Position numbers and translations under genes: made by a program. A stretch of DNA of 64,000 bases from a virus (Duplodnaviria > Caudoviricetes), in the IMG/VR virus record IMGVR_UViG_3300037400_003843, positions 1-64,000 of that record; one strand, 5' to 3'. Positions 32,933 through 42,045 of this stretch are shown piece after piece. Positions within the stretch are counted from its first letter, which is position 1, and every line of letters starts with the position of its first letter. The notes below the pieces were generated by a model. The model was not told the origin of the DNA. It searched no databases and was given only the letters and a program-made list of their open reading frames with translations.

Positions 32933-33358
32933 ATGATTAACAAAGGACTATTTTCATCAAACAGCAACGAGTGGGCAACTCCGACCGACTTCTATAAGAA
33001 GCTGGACGCGGAGTTTCACTTCAATCTTGACCCGTGCTGCACGCACGAGAACGCTAAGTGTGAGAGACACTATACTATTGAAGATGACGGACTTACGCAA
33101 AAATGGGGGGGGGCAGGAACGAGAGTGTTCTGCAATCCCCCTTACGGAAGGGAGATCGGCAAGTGGGTCAAGAAGTGCTACGAAGAGAGCAAGAACTGCG
33201 ATGCCGTGGTTATGCTTATTCCGGCAAGGACAGACACGGCTTATTTCCACGACTACATCTATCACAAGGCCAAGGAGATTCGATTCATCCGTGGTCGGCT
33301 TCATTTCAACGATTCAAAGCAGGGAGCGCCGTTCCCGAGTATGGTAGTGGTATTTTGA
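32933..33358 (+). CDS. Phage DNA N6-adenine methyltransferase (Dam-like), with a G9 tract
   Basis: EWATP, FNLDPC, VFCNPPYG, MLIPARTDT. Confidence 0.92.
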   Translation: MINKGLFSSNSNEWATPTDFYKKLDAEFHFNLDPCCTHENAKCERHYTIEDDGLTQKWGGAGTRVFCNPPYGREIGKWVKKCYEESKNCDAVVMLIPARTDTAYFHDYIYHKAKEIRFIRGRLHFNDSKQGAPFPSMVVVF

Positions 33359-33359
33359 T

Positions 33360-34898
33360 ATGGCATTAGAGTTAAGAAAATACCAGGCACAGGCGGTTTC
33401 GGAAGTAAGATTTGCATTAGGGCGTTACCGTAAGGTTATGCTCCAGGCCGCTTGTGGGTTCGGCAAGACCGTTTGCTTCAGTTATATCGCTTCAAAGACG
33501 ATAGAGAAGGGGCATAGAGTCCTTATCTTGTCCGACCGCTGCGAGATTCTGACGCAGAACGGTGGCGCATTGGAGAAGATGGGCACCCAAGTCGAGTATG
33601 TCACTCCGAAGAACAAGAAGGTGCCGACCGGAATGTGTATCGTCTGTATGGCACAAACCCTTCGGCGAAGAATCGAAAAGCAAGAGTGGCTGGATTGGTT
33701 GCAAACGGTCGATTTTGTGGTTATTGATGAAGCACATTCTTGTAGTACGGACTTTATCCATCCGTATCTGCGCGAGAACGTATGGCTTCTGGGTTGCTCG
33801 GCTACGCCTGCCAGGAGAAGCCACCAAAAGCAGCTCTGCGAAATTTACAGGGCGATGGTTACGACCATATCGACGAAGGAACTTATTGCTCTCGGATATC
33901 TATCAAAGTCGAACCACTATTCGATTATAGCCCCTTCTCTGGACGGATTGAATATAGATTCCGGCACCGGCGACTATAACCGCAAGCAACTTGCGATGCG
34001 CTTCGAGAATAAGGCTATCTATACCGGCATTGTGGATGAGTATATGCGACTGACTCCGCATAAGAGGGCTATCTGCTTCTGTGTATCGGCGAAACAGGCT
34101 ATTGAGCAGACGAAGATATTTAATGAGCGTGGAATATCGGCCAAGTATGTATTATCCGGCTCCTTTGATAGCGATGATACTTACAGCGGCAAGCGAAGCG
34201 ATGTATTTCAAGACTTCAAAGACCACAAGTTCGAGGTGCTGGTTAATGTAGGTGTTGCAGTCGCAGGATTCGATCAAAAGGACATCGAAGTCGTAATCCT
34301 CAACTTCGCTACGGTATCCATTACAAGGTATCTACAGGCGACCGGTCGCGGTTCCAGAGTGACGGATACAAAGCACGAGTTTACGGTGCTTGATGCCGGC
34401 CGAAACTTCGCCAAGTTCGGAGTTTATGAGGCAGACCGTCAGTGGAGCCTACAACACGACGAGCATTCTTCGTCAGGCGTGATGGCAATGAAGATATGCG
34501 ACACGACGAAGAAGGACTGTAACGGACATTATGGCTGCGGTCGCCTTGTTCCGACGACGCTAAAGATCTGCAAGGAATGTGGCTATGTCTTTCGCACTGC
34601 GGAGTATGAGTATCAGCTACACCTGGAAAAGGTTCAAGAGGAGAACTCAGAGGATAGCATCGAGGCTTTCGCTGCAAAAAAACGCGCAGAAGGGTGGAAG
34701 CTAAACAGAATTTGCGTTGCTGTTGGTCTAAGGGAACCCGATAGGGCAAGGCGAGCAGTAATGACCGCTTATCTTGCTTGCTGCCCTGACAAGACAGAAG
34801 CGGACGCGAGGAAGTTCTGGTTTGTTTTTGAAAACAATGTATGGAAGAATGTCAAGCATAAGCGAAAAAATGACAATGATGCTTCTTTGTTCCAATAA
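33360..34898 (+). CDS. SF2 DEAD/DEAH-like helicase with C-terminal Zn ribbon
   Basis: ACGFGKT, DEAH, SAT, GFD, QATGRGSR, CGR...CKEC. Confidence 0.92.
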   Translation: MALELRKYQAQAVSEVRFALGRYRKVMLQAACGFGKTVCFSYIASKTIEKGHRVLILSDRCEILTQNGGALEKMGTQVEYVTPKNKKVPTGMCIVCMAQTLRRRIEKQEWLDWLQTVDFVVIDEAHSCSTDFIHPYLRENVWLLGCSATPARRSHQKQLCEIYRAMVTTISTKELIALGYLSKSNHYSIIAPSLDGLNIDSGTGDYNRKQLAMRFENKAIYTGIVDEYMRLTPHKRAICFCVSAKQAIEQTKIFNERGISAKYVLSGSFDSDDTYSGKRSDVFQDFKDHKFEVLVNVGVAVAGFDQKDIEVVILNFATVSITRYLQATGRGSRVTDTKHEFTVLDAGRNFAKFGVYEADRQWSLQHDEHSSSGVMAMKICDTTKKDCNGHYGCGRLVPTTLKICKECGYVFRTAEYEYQLHLEKVQEENSEDSIEAFAAKKRAEGWKLNRICVAVGLREPDRARRAVMTAYLACCPDKTEADARKFWFVFENNVWKNVKHKRKNDNDASLFQ

Positions 34899-34905
34899 TA
34901 ATTCT

Positions 34906-35015
34906 TATATTTGCATAGTGAAACTCGTATGACGGACGAGTGATAGAAATATAAAAGCCCCGGACAAGTAGGATAGTGCCGTCATCGCTATTTGAAAATT
35001 CGGGGTCTTTGTTTT
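34906..35015 (+). ncRNA. Promoter plus kissing-loop / loop-E leader, family A copy 2
   Basis: ctcgt-ATGACGG-acgag; gccccgga-caAGTAgg-atagtg-CCGTCAT-cgctat-ttGAAaa-ttcggggt. Confidence 0.8.
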
Positions 35016-35018
35016 ACT

Positions 35019-36182
35019 ATGATAGAAGAAGTTTGGAGCAATATATCTTGGGCGCCAGGATATATGGTCAGCACGCTTGGAAATGTAAGAAGTCTAAATT
35101 GGCGCAGGCAGGGCATAGCAAAGAATTTAATTCCGCGCCCGTCTGGCCGTGGATACCTCCAAGTATCTATTCGGGTTAATAATACTCCCATCCGTGTTTA
35201 TGTTCACAGGCTTGTCGCGGAGGCTTTTATAGATAACCCTAATGGATATCCACAGGTAAACCATAAGGACGAGAATAAAACCAATAATAGAGTTGACAAC
35301 CTTGAATGGTGTGACGGGTCCTATAATCAAAATTATGGCACAGTTAAGGAAAGGAGGCGTAGGACAAATGTCGGGAGAGGAAATATTTGTGCTGGAACAC
35401 CCGTTTGCCAATACTCGTTGGATGGGGATTTTATTAGGGAGTACGCCACGATATCGGAAGCTCAAGAGATTTCTGGTATAAATAGCATAGGTTCTGCAGT
35501 AAACGGAAAGGCTAAGCAAATGGGCGGTTTTATTTGGAGAAGAAAGGGAGAGGACGTCGGGGAGATTGACTTCGATAGATATTCTCTTCATCACGCAAGA
35601 CCGGTTAAGCAATACTCTCTTCGCGGGGATGAATTGGCCTCGTTTCTTTCTATTAAGGATGCCTCTGAAACAACTGGTATACAGAGATTATCAATCATCA
35701 ATTGCGCGAGGGGGAAATTTAGAACCGCTGGCGGCTATGTATGGAGGTATTGCGATGAAGAACACCACCCAAACAATATTAGGAGGGAATTCGAGTTTAT
35801 GACAGACGAATTACACGATGTGCGTGGTTTTCATGGCGAATATAAGGTTAATAAACGCGGAGAAGTAATAAGCATGAATTTTCTGTCTACGAATCGGCTA
35901 GGAATAATGGAGGGTTATACTACAAAACGGGGATTTAGGGGGATAAATATGACAAAGGATGGAATTGCCTACAGGAAATTGATTTGCATAATTGTAGCGC
36001 AATCTTTCATCCCGAATCCGAGCGGTTTTTCTTGTATTGAGCATATTGATGGGTGCCTTACTAATGACAATGTGTCCAATTTACGATGGGTCCGCGGAAA
36101 GCGTGACAGAACAGACCTTGTCTGGCTCCGTAGCGTTAAAGATAAAGTGAGCGATGCGGACTCCTCGCCGAAACTGCTTTAG
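35019..36182 (+). CDS. NUMOD4-HNH endonuclease with two NUMOD1 repeats and a second HNH domain
   Basis: [34 protein letters not shown], two GGxxWR modules, second [19 protein letters not shown]. Confidence 0.88.
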   Translation: MIEEVWSNISWAPGYMVSTLGNVRSLNWRRQGIAKNLIPRPSGRGYLQVSIRVNNTPIRVYVHRLVAEAFIDNPNGYPQVNHKDENKTNNRVDNLEWCDGSYNQNYGTVKERRRRTNVGRGNICAGTPVCQYSLDGDFIREYATISEAQEISGINSIGSAVNGKAKQMGGFIWRRKGEDVGEIDFDRYSLHHARPVKQYSLRGDELASFLSIKDASETTGIQRLSIINCARGKFRTAGGYVWRYCDEEHHPNNIRREFEFMTDELHDVRGFHGEYKVNKRGEVISMNFLSTNRLGIMEGYTTKRGFRGINMTKDGIAYRKLICIIVAQSFIPNPSGFSCIEHIDGCLTNDNVSNLRWVRGKRDRTDLVWLRSVKDKVSDADSSPKLL

Positions 36183-36185
36183 AGT

Positions 36186-36917
36186 ATGGAGATAAAAGGA
36201 AAGGTTTGGTGCATGTTCGAGCAGAGCGGCACCTTTAAGAATGAGTTTAAGAAGCTCGGATACGACGCGGTTGACCTGGATATCCAAAACAACTTCGGCG
36301 AGACGGATTATCAGATAGATTTGTTCGCGGAGATAGAAAAAGCATATAGGGGGGGGTGGCAAAGTGTTTTTGATTCAATCACTTACGATGATTTAATTAT
36401 GGCGTTTTTCCCTTGTATACATTTCTGCGATTTTAAAACGCTCTATTTTTTGGGAGTGAATATCGGACAAAAAGGGAAGCCCCTGCACGAACTTATGCGT
36501 CAAAATATAGAATTTGCAAAGCAGAGGGAAGCCTTCTTTTACACGCTGATGGAATTTGTCGCAGTGTGTTCATCCAGGGGACTCCGCCTTATAATTGAAA
36601 ACCCTTATAATTCCAGCGGAATGACATATCTTGAAAATAACTTCATCCGCCCTACGATTATAGACAAAAATAGGATGACGCGCGGGGATTATTACGTCAA
36701 ACCGACTGGTTACTGGTTTGTGAATTGCGCCCCTACGTACGGATTTACGGAGCAGAGAGACAAGAGGCAGAAGACTATAATGAAGGCAAAGATGAGGGCC
36801 AAGCCGGGAGTCTGCAACGAGGAAAGGTCCATGATTTCCCCCGACTACGCACGCAACTTCATCTGCGACTTCATCCTCGGCAAGGAGCAGGCATTTTCGG
36901 AACCGAAACTGTTTTAG
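36186..36917 (+). CDS. C5-cytosine methyltransferase-like protein, with a G8 tract
   Basis: FEQSG (motif I-like), FFPC (motif IV), IENP (motif VI), KPT. Confidence 0.7.
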   Translation: MEIKGKVWCMFEQSGTFKNEFKKLGYDAVDLDIQNNFGETDYQIDLFAEIEKAYRGGWQSVFDSITYDDLIMAFFPCIHFCDFKTLYFLGVNIGQKGKPLHELMRQNIEFAKQREAFFYTLMEFVAVCSSRGLRLIIENPYNSSGMTYLENNFIRPTIIDKNRMTRGDYYVKPTGYWFVNCAPTYGFTEQRDKRQKTIMKAKMRAKPGVCNEERSMISPDYARNFICDFILGKEQAFSEPKLF

Positions 36918-36945
36918 TGGCACGGGATTTGCAGGTGTAACGGTT

Positions 36946-37140
36946 ATGAGACAAGCAGACATAAATAGAGTAAAGAAGGCGCAGTCTCACATTGAGTCGG
37001 CGCGAATTCTCCTGCAAAACATAAAGTGGGAGAATCTATCGACGATTGAAGACACCTGCCGCAGCAATGCGTATGATGGGCTCAAATCGGCGGAGTATGG
37101 ATTGATAGACATGGTTAATTGTGATGGGCATCGAGATTAG
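36946..37140 (+). CDS. Hypothetical protein
   Basis: 64 aa. Confidence 0.55.
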   Translation: MRQADINRVKKAQSHIESARILLQNIKWENLSTIEDTCRSNAYDGLKSAEYGLIDMVNCDGHRD

Positions 37141-37173
37141 ACGGAATAGTCCCAAGAAAAGCGAATACGAGAA

Positions 37174-37416
37174 ATGATACACAAATGTTTGCAATACTGG
37201 CTGCAGTCCGCTGACGAGTCTGGTGTGCATGTGCATCCGCAGATACAGATGGAACGGCTCGGCCTAGGCAACTACTACCGTGGCATTCCAGTAACAATAT
37301 GCGACTGCTGGCTCTTTCTCTTCGAGCAATGGCCGGATATAGAACTGCCGAGTTACATTGTGAAGAAGGAATTGGATGACGAGAAGTTTCCCGTATTAAA
37401 ACCGAGACAGAAATGA
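37174..37416 (+). CDS. Hypothetical protein
   Basis: 80 aa, ATGA overlap with next gene. Confidence 0.65.
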   Translation: MIHKCLQYWLQSADESGVHVHPQIQMERLGLGNYYRGIPVTICDCWLFLFEQWPDIELPSYIVKKELDDEKFPVLKPRQK

Positions 37417-37733
37417 AACTACTTAGAGATAAAACAATTGACGTTTTGGATTCGGTATTGGCTGAAATTCAACTCAGGGAATGGGAGGCACGCAAAAGTC
37501 ACGAGTTTAGGTTCGCTGATGGGCTGAATTCTGCGTGGAGATTCCTTGCCGATATGCACGCAGAATATGTAAACCAGAAGGCGAAAAGAAATCCGATATT
37601 TAGGTGGAGAATTTGGCTGAGATATAAAAAGGCCAGCAAAGAAATAAGGGATGTCGTACCGGCAGAAAAGGTCGGCGACGAGTATATTATAAGGCTTAAA
37701 TTGCATAAACCCAAACCCATTGATAGCCTATGA
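37413..37733 (+). CDS. Hypothetical protein
   Basis: 106 aa. Confidence 0.65.
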   Translation: MKLLRDKTIDVLDSVLAEIQLREWEARKSHEFRFADGLNSAWRFLADMHAEYVNQKAKRNPIFRWRIWLRYKKASKEIRDVVPAEKVGDEYIIRLKLHKPKPIDSL

Positions 37734-37869
37734 CCATCGAAGAATACAAGGCCCAGCCGTTCAAGGACGCGACCATCGGAGACTGGTGGAGCACCTTTGA
37801 CCGCAGGACTCGCCGTGAGATAGAGCGGATTGTCAAGAAGGGGAAGAACCCGGATATAATGAACTATAT

Positions 37870-38064
37870 TTGAGTGATATGACAGACCGAGAGATAATGC
37901 ACAAGCTGCTTGACGAGATCCTTGATTCCGGAAATCACGTAGCGATTCACACAGAGTTTTTCCCGGGGATTCCCGGAAAGATACCTGCACTACAAAAGAA
38001 TTATAGACTTGAGATAAAAGAAGCCTCATTCACAGTTAAAAAACAGAGTTATGACCATCAATGA
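37870..38064 (+). CDS. Hypothetical protein
   Basis: 64 aa. Confidence 0.55.
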   Translation: MSDMTDREIMHKLLDEILDSGNHVAIHTEFFPGIPGKIPALQKNYRLEIKEASFTVKKQSYDHQ

Positions 38065-38348
38065 ATACAAAGGCAAGTTCCTCGACCTTCTCGAGGAGAT
38101 GCAGAAGGAGCACGGTGTGGTTCATTTTGTGCATATCGAACAGAATCTTGATATGCTTCCAGAAGGAGTTCCTCTTGTCACGAGCGTAACAATCGAATTC
38201 TAATATGACACTATTAGAATACAAGAAAGCATTCTCCGATTTGCATGAGCAGTTGGAGAAGGAATATGGCACCAAGGCTGAGGTGCATATTTACGAGGAG
38301 AAAGAAACATACGGCCGATGGGTAACAACGATAGAAATCAAGTTCTGA
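38051..38348 (+). CDS. Two tandem paralogous small ORFs of about 50 aa (38051-38203, 38205-38348)
   Basis: MTINEYKGKFLDLLEEMQKEHG...VTSVTIEF and MTLLEYKKAFSDLHEQLEKEYG...VTTIEIKF (hand-translated). Confidence 0.6.
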
Positions 38349-38423
38349 TATGCCAATCATTGAGACCCCGCCGCATTTTCTCTTCCAAATAATTTTGCTA
38401 TCTTTGCGAAAAATCGTGATAAT

Positions 38424-38624
38424 ATGAGACTTGAATTTACCGGCACTCCGCTGGAGTACGCACAGAGCCTTACTGAAAAGGAGCTGAAGAAGGTCATCCG
38501 CGATTGCAAGAAAGGCAATTACGACGAATTTACGGATCGCTGCCGTCTTTGTTTTGAGCACTATCTTGCTGGAAACGAGACCATGGCCAAGTGGTGGAGC
38601 AATCACGCCGAGCTGGTGAAATGA
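38424..38624 (+). CDS. Hypothetical protein
   Basis: 66 aa, TATCTTTG promoter at 38399-38406. Confidence 0.7.
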   Translation: MRLEFTGTPLEYAQSLTEKELKKVIRDCKKGNYDEFTDRCRLCFEHYLAGNETMAKWWSNHAELVK

Positions 38625-39028
38625 TATTAGAGACTCCGGAGCGGCCTAAGAAGCGGGGCCATTCGATGCCAGAGGGAAAAATCCAGGCAGAATGCTATCA
38701 GCATTTCTGGAACACTTACCCGCAGTATCGAGGCCTCTATTTTGCTGTACCGAACGAAAACAACCGGGCAGACTCAAACGCAATCACCGGCGCTATCCGC
38801 AGGTCTATGGGTGTATATCATGGCGTATCTGACACGCTTATGCTTATCCCTCGCGGGCCATATCATGGACTTTGCATCGAATACAAGGACGAGAAGGGCC
38901 GGCAGTCAGAGCACCAGATAGCTTGGCAAAAGCTCGTCGAGTCGCAGGGATACGCTTATCGGGTCTGCCGCAGTTTAGAACAATTTAAAATTATCGTTGG
39001 CGAATACTTCGCTTTGCATCATGCCTAA
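38621..39028 (+). CDS. VRR-NUC domain nuclease
   Basis: EGKIQ, FAVPNE, GVSD, LCIEYK, GRQSEHQ. Confidence 0.9.
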   Translation: MILETPERPKKRGHSMPEGKIQAECYQHFWNTYPQYRGLYFAVPNENNRADSNAITGAIRRSMGVYHGVSDTLMLIPRGPYHGLCIEYKDEKGRQSEHQIAWQKLVESQGYAYRVCRSLEQFKIIVGEYFALHHA

Positions 39029-39644
39029 AAACACTATCATACCGATGCGGCCGGATGGATTCAATTCGAGTCTCACCCAGGGCGAGCAGACCTGTCTCAC
39101 ATGGTTGGTCCTCTCTGGTTGCTCCAAAGAGGATGCCTTTATCCTTTTCGCTCGGCCAGATATGGCAGAATCAAGGGCCAGGGCCGTAGTGAAGGAGACC
39201 ATCAAGCAGTTCTATGCCAGGGCCGAGGTAAAGGAATACCTCACGGCGTACAGGACGACTCTGGAGGACCTGGTTAACCAGAAGCGAAAGGAAAAGGAGC
39301 CGGTCTGCACAGGCACGCTCGAGGAAAGGAAGGCTCGCGCAAAGACCAGAGCAACAGAGTTTGCCATGTCACTAGCTGAAAATATTGACCAGGCAGATGA
39401 CCCTGAATATGTTCTCAAACTTATGGACAAAGTCGGTCTCCTCGACGCGGAAGAGCAGGTAGAAGAGCAGCCGAGAAGGTATATTCCTCAATCTTGTTTG
39501 GACGGCTGCAGGTATAGGATGTTTGTTGAAGAGAACTGTGAAGACGAATGCCAATTTTGTCGATACAAAAAGTATGGCGAGGAAAATGGCGTACATTTCA
39601 AAAACGAGGAAATGCTAGATATCCCACAAAAAGTTGTGGAATAA
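39021..39644 (+). CDS. Putative terminase small subunit
   Basis: Helical HTH-like N-terminus; position after VRR-NUC and upstream of TerL. Confidence 0.45.
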   Translation: MPKNTIIPMRPDGFNSSLTQGEQTCLTWLVLSGCSKEDAFILFARPDMAESRARAVVKETIKQFYARAEVKEYLTAYRTTLEDLVNQKRKEKEPVCTGTLEERKARAKTRATEFAMSLAENIDQADDPEYVLKLMDKVGLLDAEEQVEEQPRRYIPQSCLDGCRYRMFVEENCEDECQFCRYKKYGEENGVHFKNEEMLDIPQKVVE

Positions 39645-39656
39645 ACAAATAATTGC

Positions 39657-39760
39657 TATCTTTGTATTGCTATGGACGAGATAGCTATTTAGATACATAA
39701 AGCCCTGGATTAGTAGGCGCGAGCTCGTCCCTCCGTTGAAAGTTCAGGGCGCTTTGTTTT
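39657..39760 (+). ncRNA. Promoter plus kissing-loop / loop-E leader, family A copy 3
   Basis: gctat-GGACGAG-atagc; gccctgga-ttAGTAgg-cgcgag-CTCGTCC-ctccg-ttGAAag-ttcagggc. Confidence 0.8.
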
Positions 39761-39763
39761 CAA

Positions 39764-40729
39764 ATGAGAGTAAGAGATATTGTTATCGGGGAACGATACA
39801 AGGATATCCTTGTTGTAGGCCCCAAGTATCGAAAGAACAGGGCAACATATTACGGTTGTCAGTGTATGCGATGTGGGAAAATTTACGAAATGCGTAATGA
39901 TCATATCGGAAATTCTACGTGTTGTGCTGATTGTTTTCCGAAGGACAACATTGTTGATTTATCTGGGAAAAGATTCGGCCGTCTTGTTGCATTAAAGTAT
40001 GTTGGGCGAAATAACGATAGGTCTTTATGGCGGTGTATTTGTGATTGCGGTAAAGAATCTATTACTGGATACTCGAATCTTGTAAGCGGGAACACCCGCT
40101 CTTGCGGATGCCTTGAGAAAGAAAATCTTGCGTATATTCAAAAGCATTCTTGCCGCAGAAAATCGGCGTCAAAGGAATTTAAACAAACTTTATCCGAACA
40201 CCCTCTATATGGTTTATGGTCCTCAATGCTCACAAGGTGCTACAACAAATCACGCAACTCTTATAAGCATTATGGCGGAAGAGGAATAAAAGTTTGCGAC
40301 AGGTGGCTTCCAGAGAATAAGGGGTTCGAGAACTTCTTAAATGATATGGGGCCGAGACCGAGTATTGAATATACTCTTGATAGAATAGATAATGAAGGAG
40401 ATTATTGCCCAGAGAACTGTAGGTGGGCGACGCCAAGACAACAGGGCAGTAATAAGCGAACAAGTATAATTTTATTCTATAAGGGGGCGAGAATTCCCGC
40501 TTTGGATGTATGCGAGGCGACTGGGCTAAAATATCAAACTCTATCGCATCAACTAAAGAGAGGATACGATATAAACATAATTATAGAGAATAAGGGCGCA
40601 GACTTTCGCCAAGGCAAATACAAGAAAAATCTTGACGCTATTAAAACAGGAAACAGAAATATTACTATCTTTGTGCCAGAGTTAGAATCCGATGGCACGG
40701 AACTTGCAGAAGAAAATCCGACTGAATAG
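39764..40729 (+). CDS. HNH-like homing endonuclease (DLSGKRFGRL / YGGRGIKVC type)
   Basis: WRCICDCG, YGGRGIKVCDRW, TLDRIDNEGDYCPENCRWAT. Confidence 0.88.
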   Translation: MRVRDIVIGERYKDILVVGPKYRKNRATYYGCQCMRCGKIYEMRNDHIGNSTCCADCFPKDNIVDLSGKRFGRLVALKYVGRNNDRSLWRCICDCGKESITGYSNLVSGNTRSCGCLEKENLAYIQKHSCRRKSASKEFKQTLSEHPLYGLWSSMLTRCYNKSRNSYKHYGGRGIKVCDRWLPENKGFENFLNDMGPRPSIEYTLDRIDNEGDYCPENCRWATPRQQGSNKRTSIILFYKGARIPALDVCEATGLKYQTLSHQLKRGYDINIIIENKGADFRQGKYKKNLDAIKTGNRNITIFVPELESDGTELAEENPTE

Positions 40730-40800
40730 TCGTGTCCATTGCTTCTTGGGCGGTGAAGAATAGTAGCCGCCTTTTTTATGAAACTTTTTTGTTATATTAT

Positions 40801-41097
40801 ATGGAAATTAAAGGAAGAGTCTTAGAGAAGCCCGCATCAAAGACGGGCGTTTCATCTAGAGGCCCCTGGAAAAGGGCGCAGTTGGTAATCCGTTATGAGG
40901 ACGGGCAATACCCTAAGGATATTCTCCTGTCGAATATGAACAAGGCGGAAGAATTTGAGCGCATCCCGATTGGCGCGACGGGAACATTTAAATTTGACGG
41001 CAGTGTTCGGGGAAAAGACGGGAATTACTATCTCGACCTAAACTGCTGGTCTTGGACGCTTGATCAGGCTGCACCTGGCAGCGCGGATCCGATTTAG
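40801..41097 (+). CDS. DUF3127-like OB-fold protein
   Basis: MEIKGRV...GVSSRGPWKR...EDGQYPKDI...NCWS, Bacteroidetes phage family pattern. Confidence 0.75.
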   Translation: MEIKGRVLEKPASKTGVSSRGPWKRAQLVIRYEDGQYPKDILLSNMNKAEEFERIPIGATGTFKFDGSVRGKDGNYYLDLNCWSWTLDQAAPGSADPI

Positions 41098-41121
41098 TTT
41101 GGAAAATCCAAAATCTTTTCC

Positions 41122-41226
41122 TATCTTTGTGGTACGGTAAGGTCCAGTTACCACAGATAGAAACCTAAAGCCCCACAACGAGTAGGCGCGTGCTGGACCC
41201 ACCGCCGAAAGTTGTGGGGTATTTTG
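41122..41226 (+). ncRNA. Promoter plus kissing-loop / loop-E leader, family A copy 4
   Basis: ggtaa-GGTCCAG-ttacc; gccccacaa-cgAGTAgg-cgcgtg-CTGGACC-caccg-ccGAAag-ttgtggggt. Confidence 0.8.
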
Positions 41227-41233
41227 TAGTATT

Positions 41234-42004
41234 ATGCCTTGGAAGAGATTAACAAGAGAGGAATTTATTCAGAGAGCAAAAGCCGTAAATGGGGATGCGT
41301 ATAATTATGACCTAATCGAATATGAGGGGATGACGAAGAAGATTCATGTAGTCGGGATGGACGGCGAGTTCGATATATGGCCTTATAATTTTTTAAGAAG
41401 GCGCGGACCGCAGACAAAAAATAAGCCTGGATGGAAGGGAGATAGGAGGAGGCCGCTTTACGGTGTTGGAATAAACGACGAATTTGGGGTTACGAGAACA
41501 CCGGCATATAGGAAATGGGCCGGTATCATCGAGCGGTGCTATAAGCCAAATAGAGGGAAACGCTATCCGGCATATGTTGGCTGCTCAATCTGTGACGAAT
41601 GGAAATATTTTTCTTGTTTCAGGCGATGGTTTGAAAAGAATTCTATACCCGGTTATGATTTGGATAAAGATATATTGAAGCAAGGTAATCGTGTTTATTG
41701 CCCAGAGTATTGCTGTTTTGTTCCGAGAGAAATTAACCTTCTAATTTCTGGGCTAAATATTAAACGCAAGGACAACTTGCCAGTTGGCGTTTGTTACTCG
41801 GGGAGCAAGAAGAACCCCTATGTTGTAAGATTAAAATGCCAGAAAAGGACTATTCATGTTGGATTGTTTAAGACAGCAGAAGACGCATCTGCCGAATACA
41901 AGAAAATAAAAAAAGGAGAAATAATTCGAGTCGCAAACGAATATTTCAAAGACGGGAAAATATCAGAAAGAGTCTACAATGCACTCTTGTCCTTTGAAGT
42001 TTGA
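41234..42004 (+). CDS. HNH-like endonuclease with AP2-like C-terminus
   Basis: LYGVGIND, YVGCSICDEW, YDLDKDIL, YCPEYCCFVP, LPVGV...HVGLFKTAEDAS. Confidence 0.85.
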   Translation: MPWKRLTREEFIQRAKAVNGDAYNYDLIEYEGMTKKIHVVGMDGEFDIWPYNFLRRRGPQTKNKPGWKGDRRRPLYGVGINDEFGVTRTPAYRKWAGIIERCYKPNRGKRYPAYVGCSICDEWKYFSCFRRWFEKNSIPGYDLDKDILKQGNRVYCPEYCCFVPREINLLISGLNIKRKDNLPVGVCYSGSKKNPYVVRLKCQKRTIHVGLFKTAEDASAEYKKIKKGEIIRVANEYFKDGKISERVYNALLSFEV

Positions 42005-42045
42005 AATTATGCAAGTATTTTTTATCTTTGCATCAAATTGGTAAA

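Noticed and set aside
8662-42045. N-terminal extensions given by the ORF track (e.g. 9537, 10117, 16482, 25559, 29006, 34992, 42001)
   Set aside because: They run through promoters, structured leaders or upstream genes; downstream ATGs match the family N-termini, so starts were trimmed
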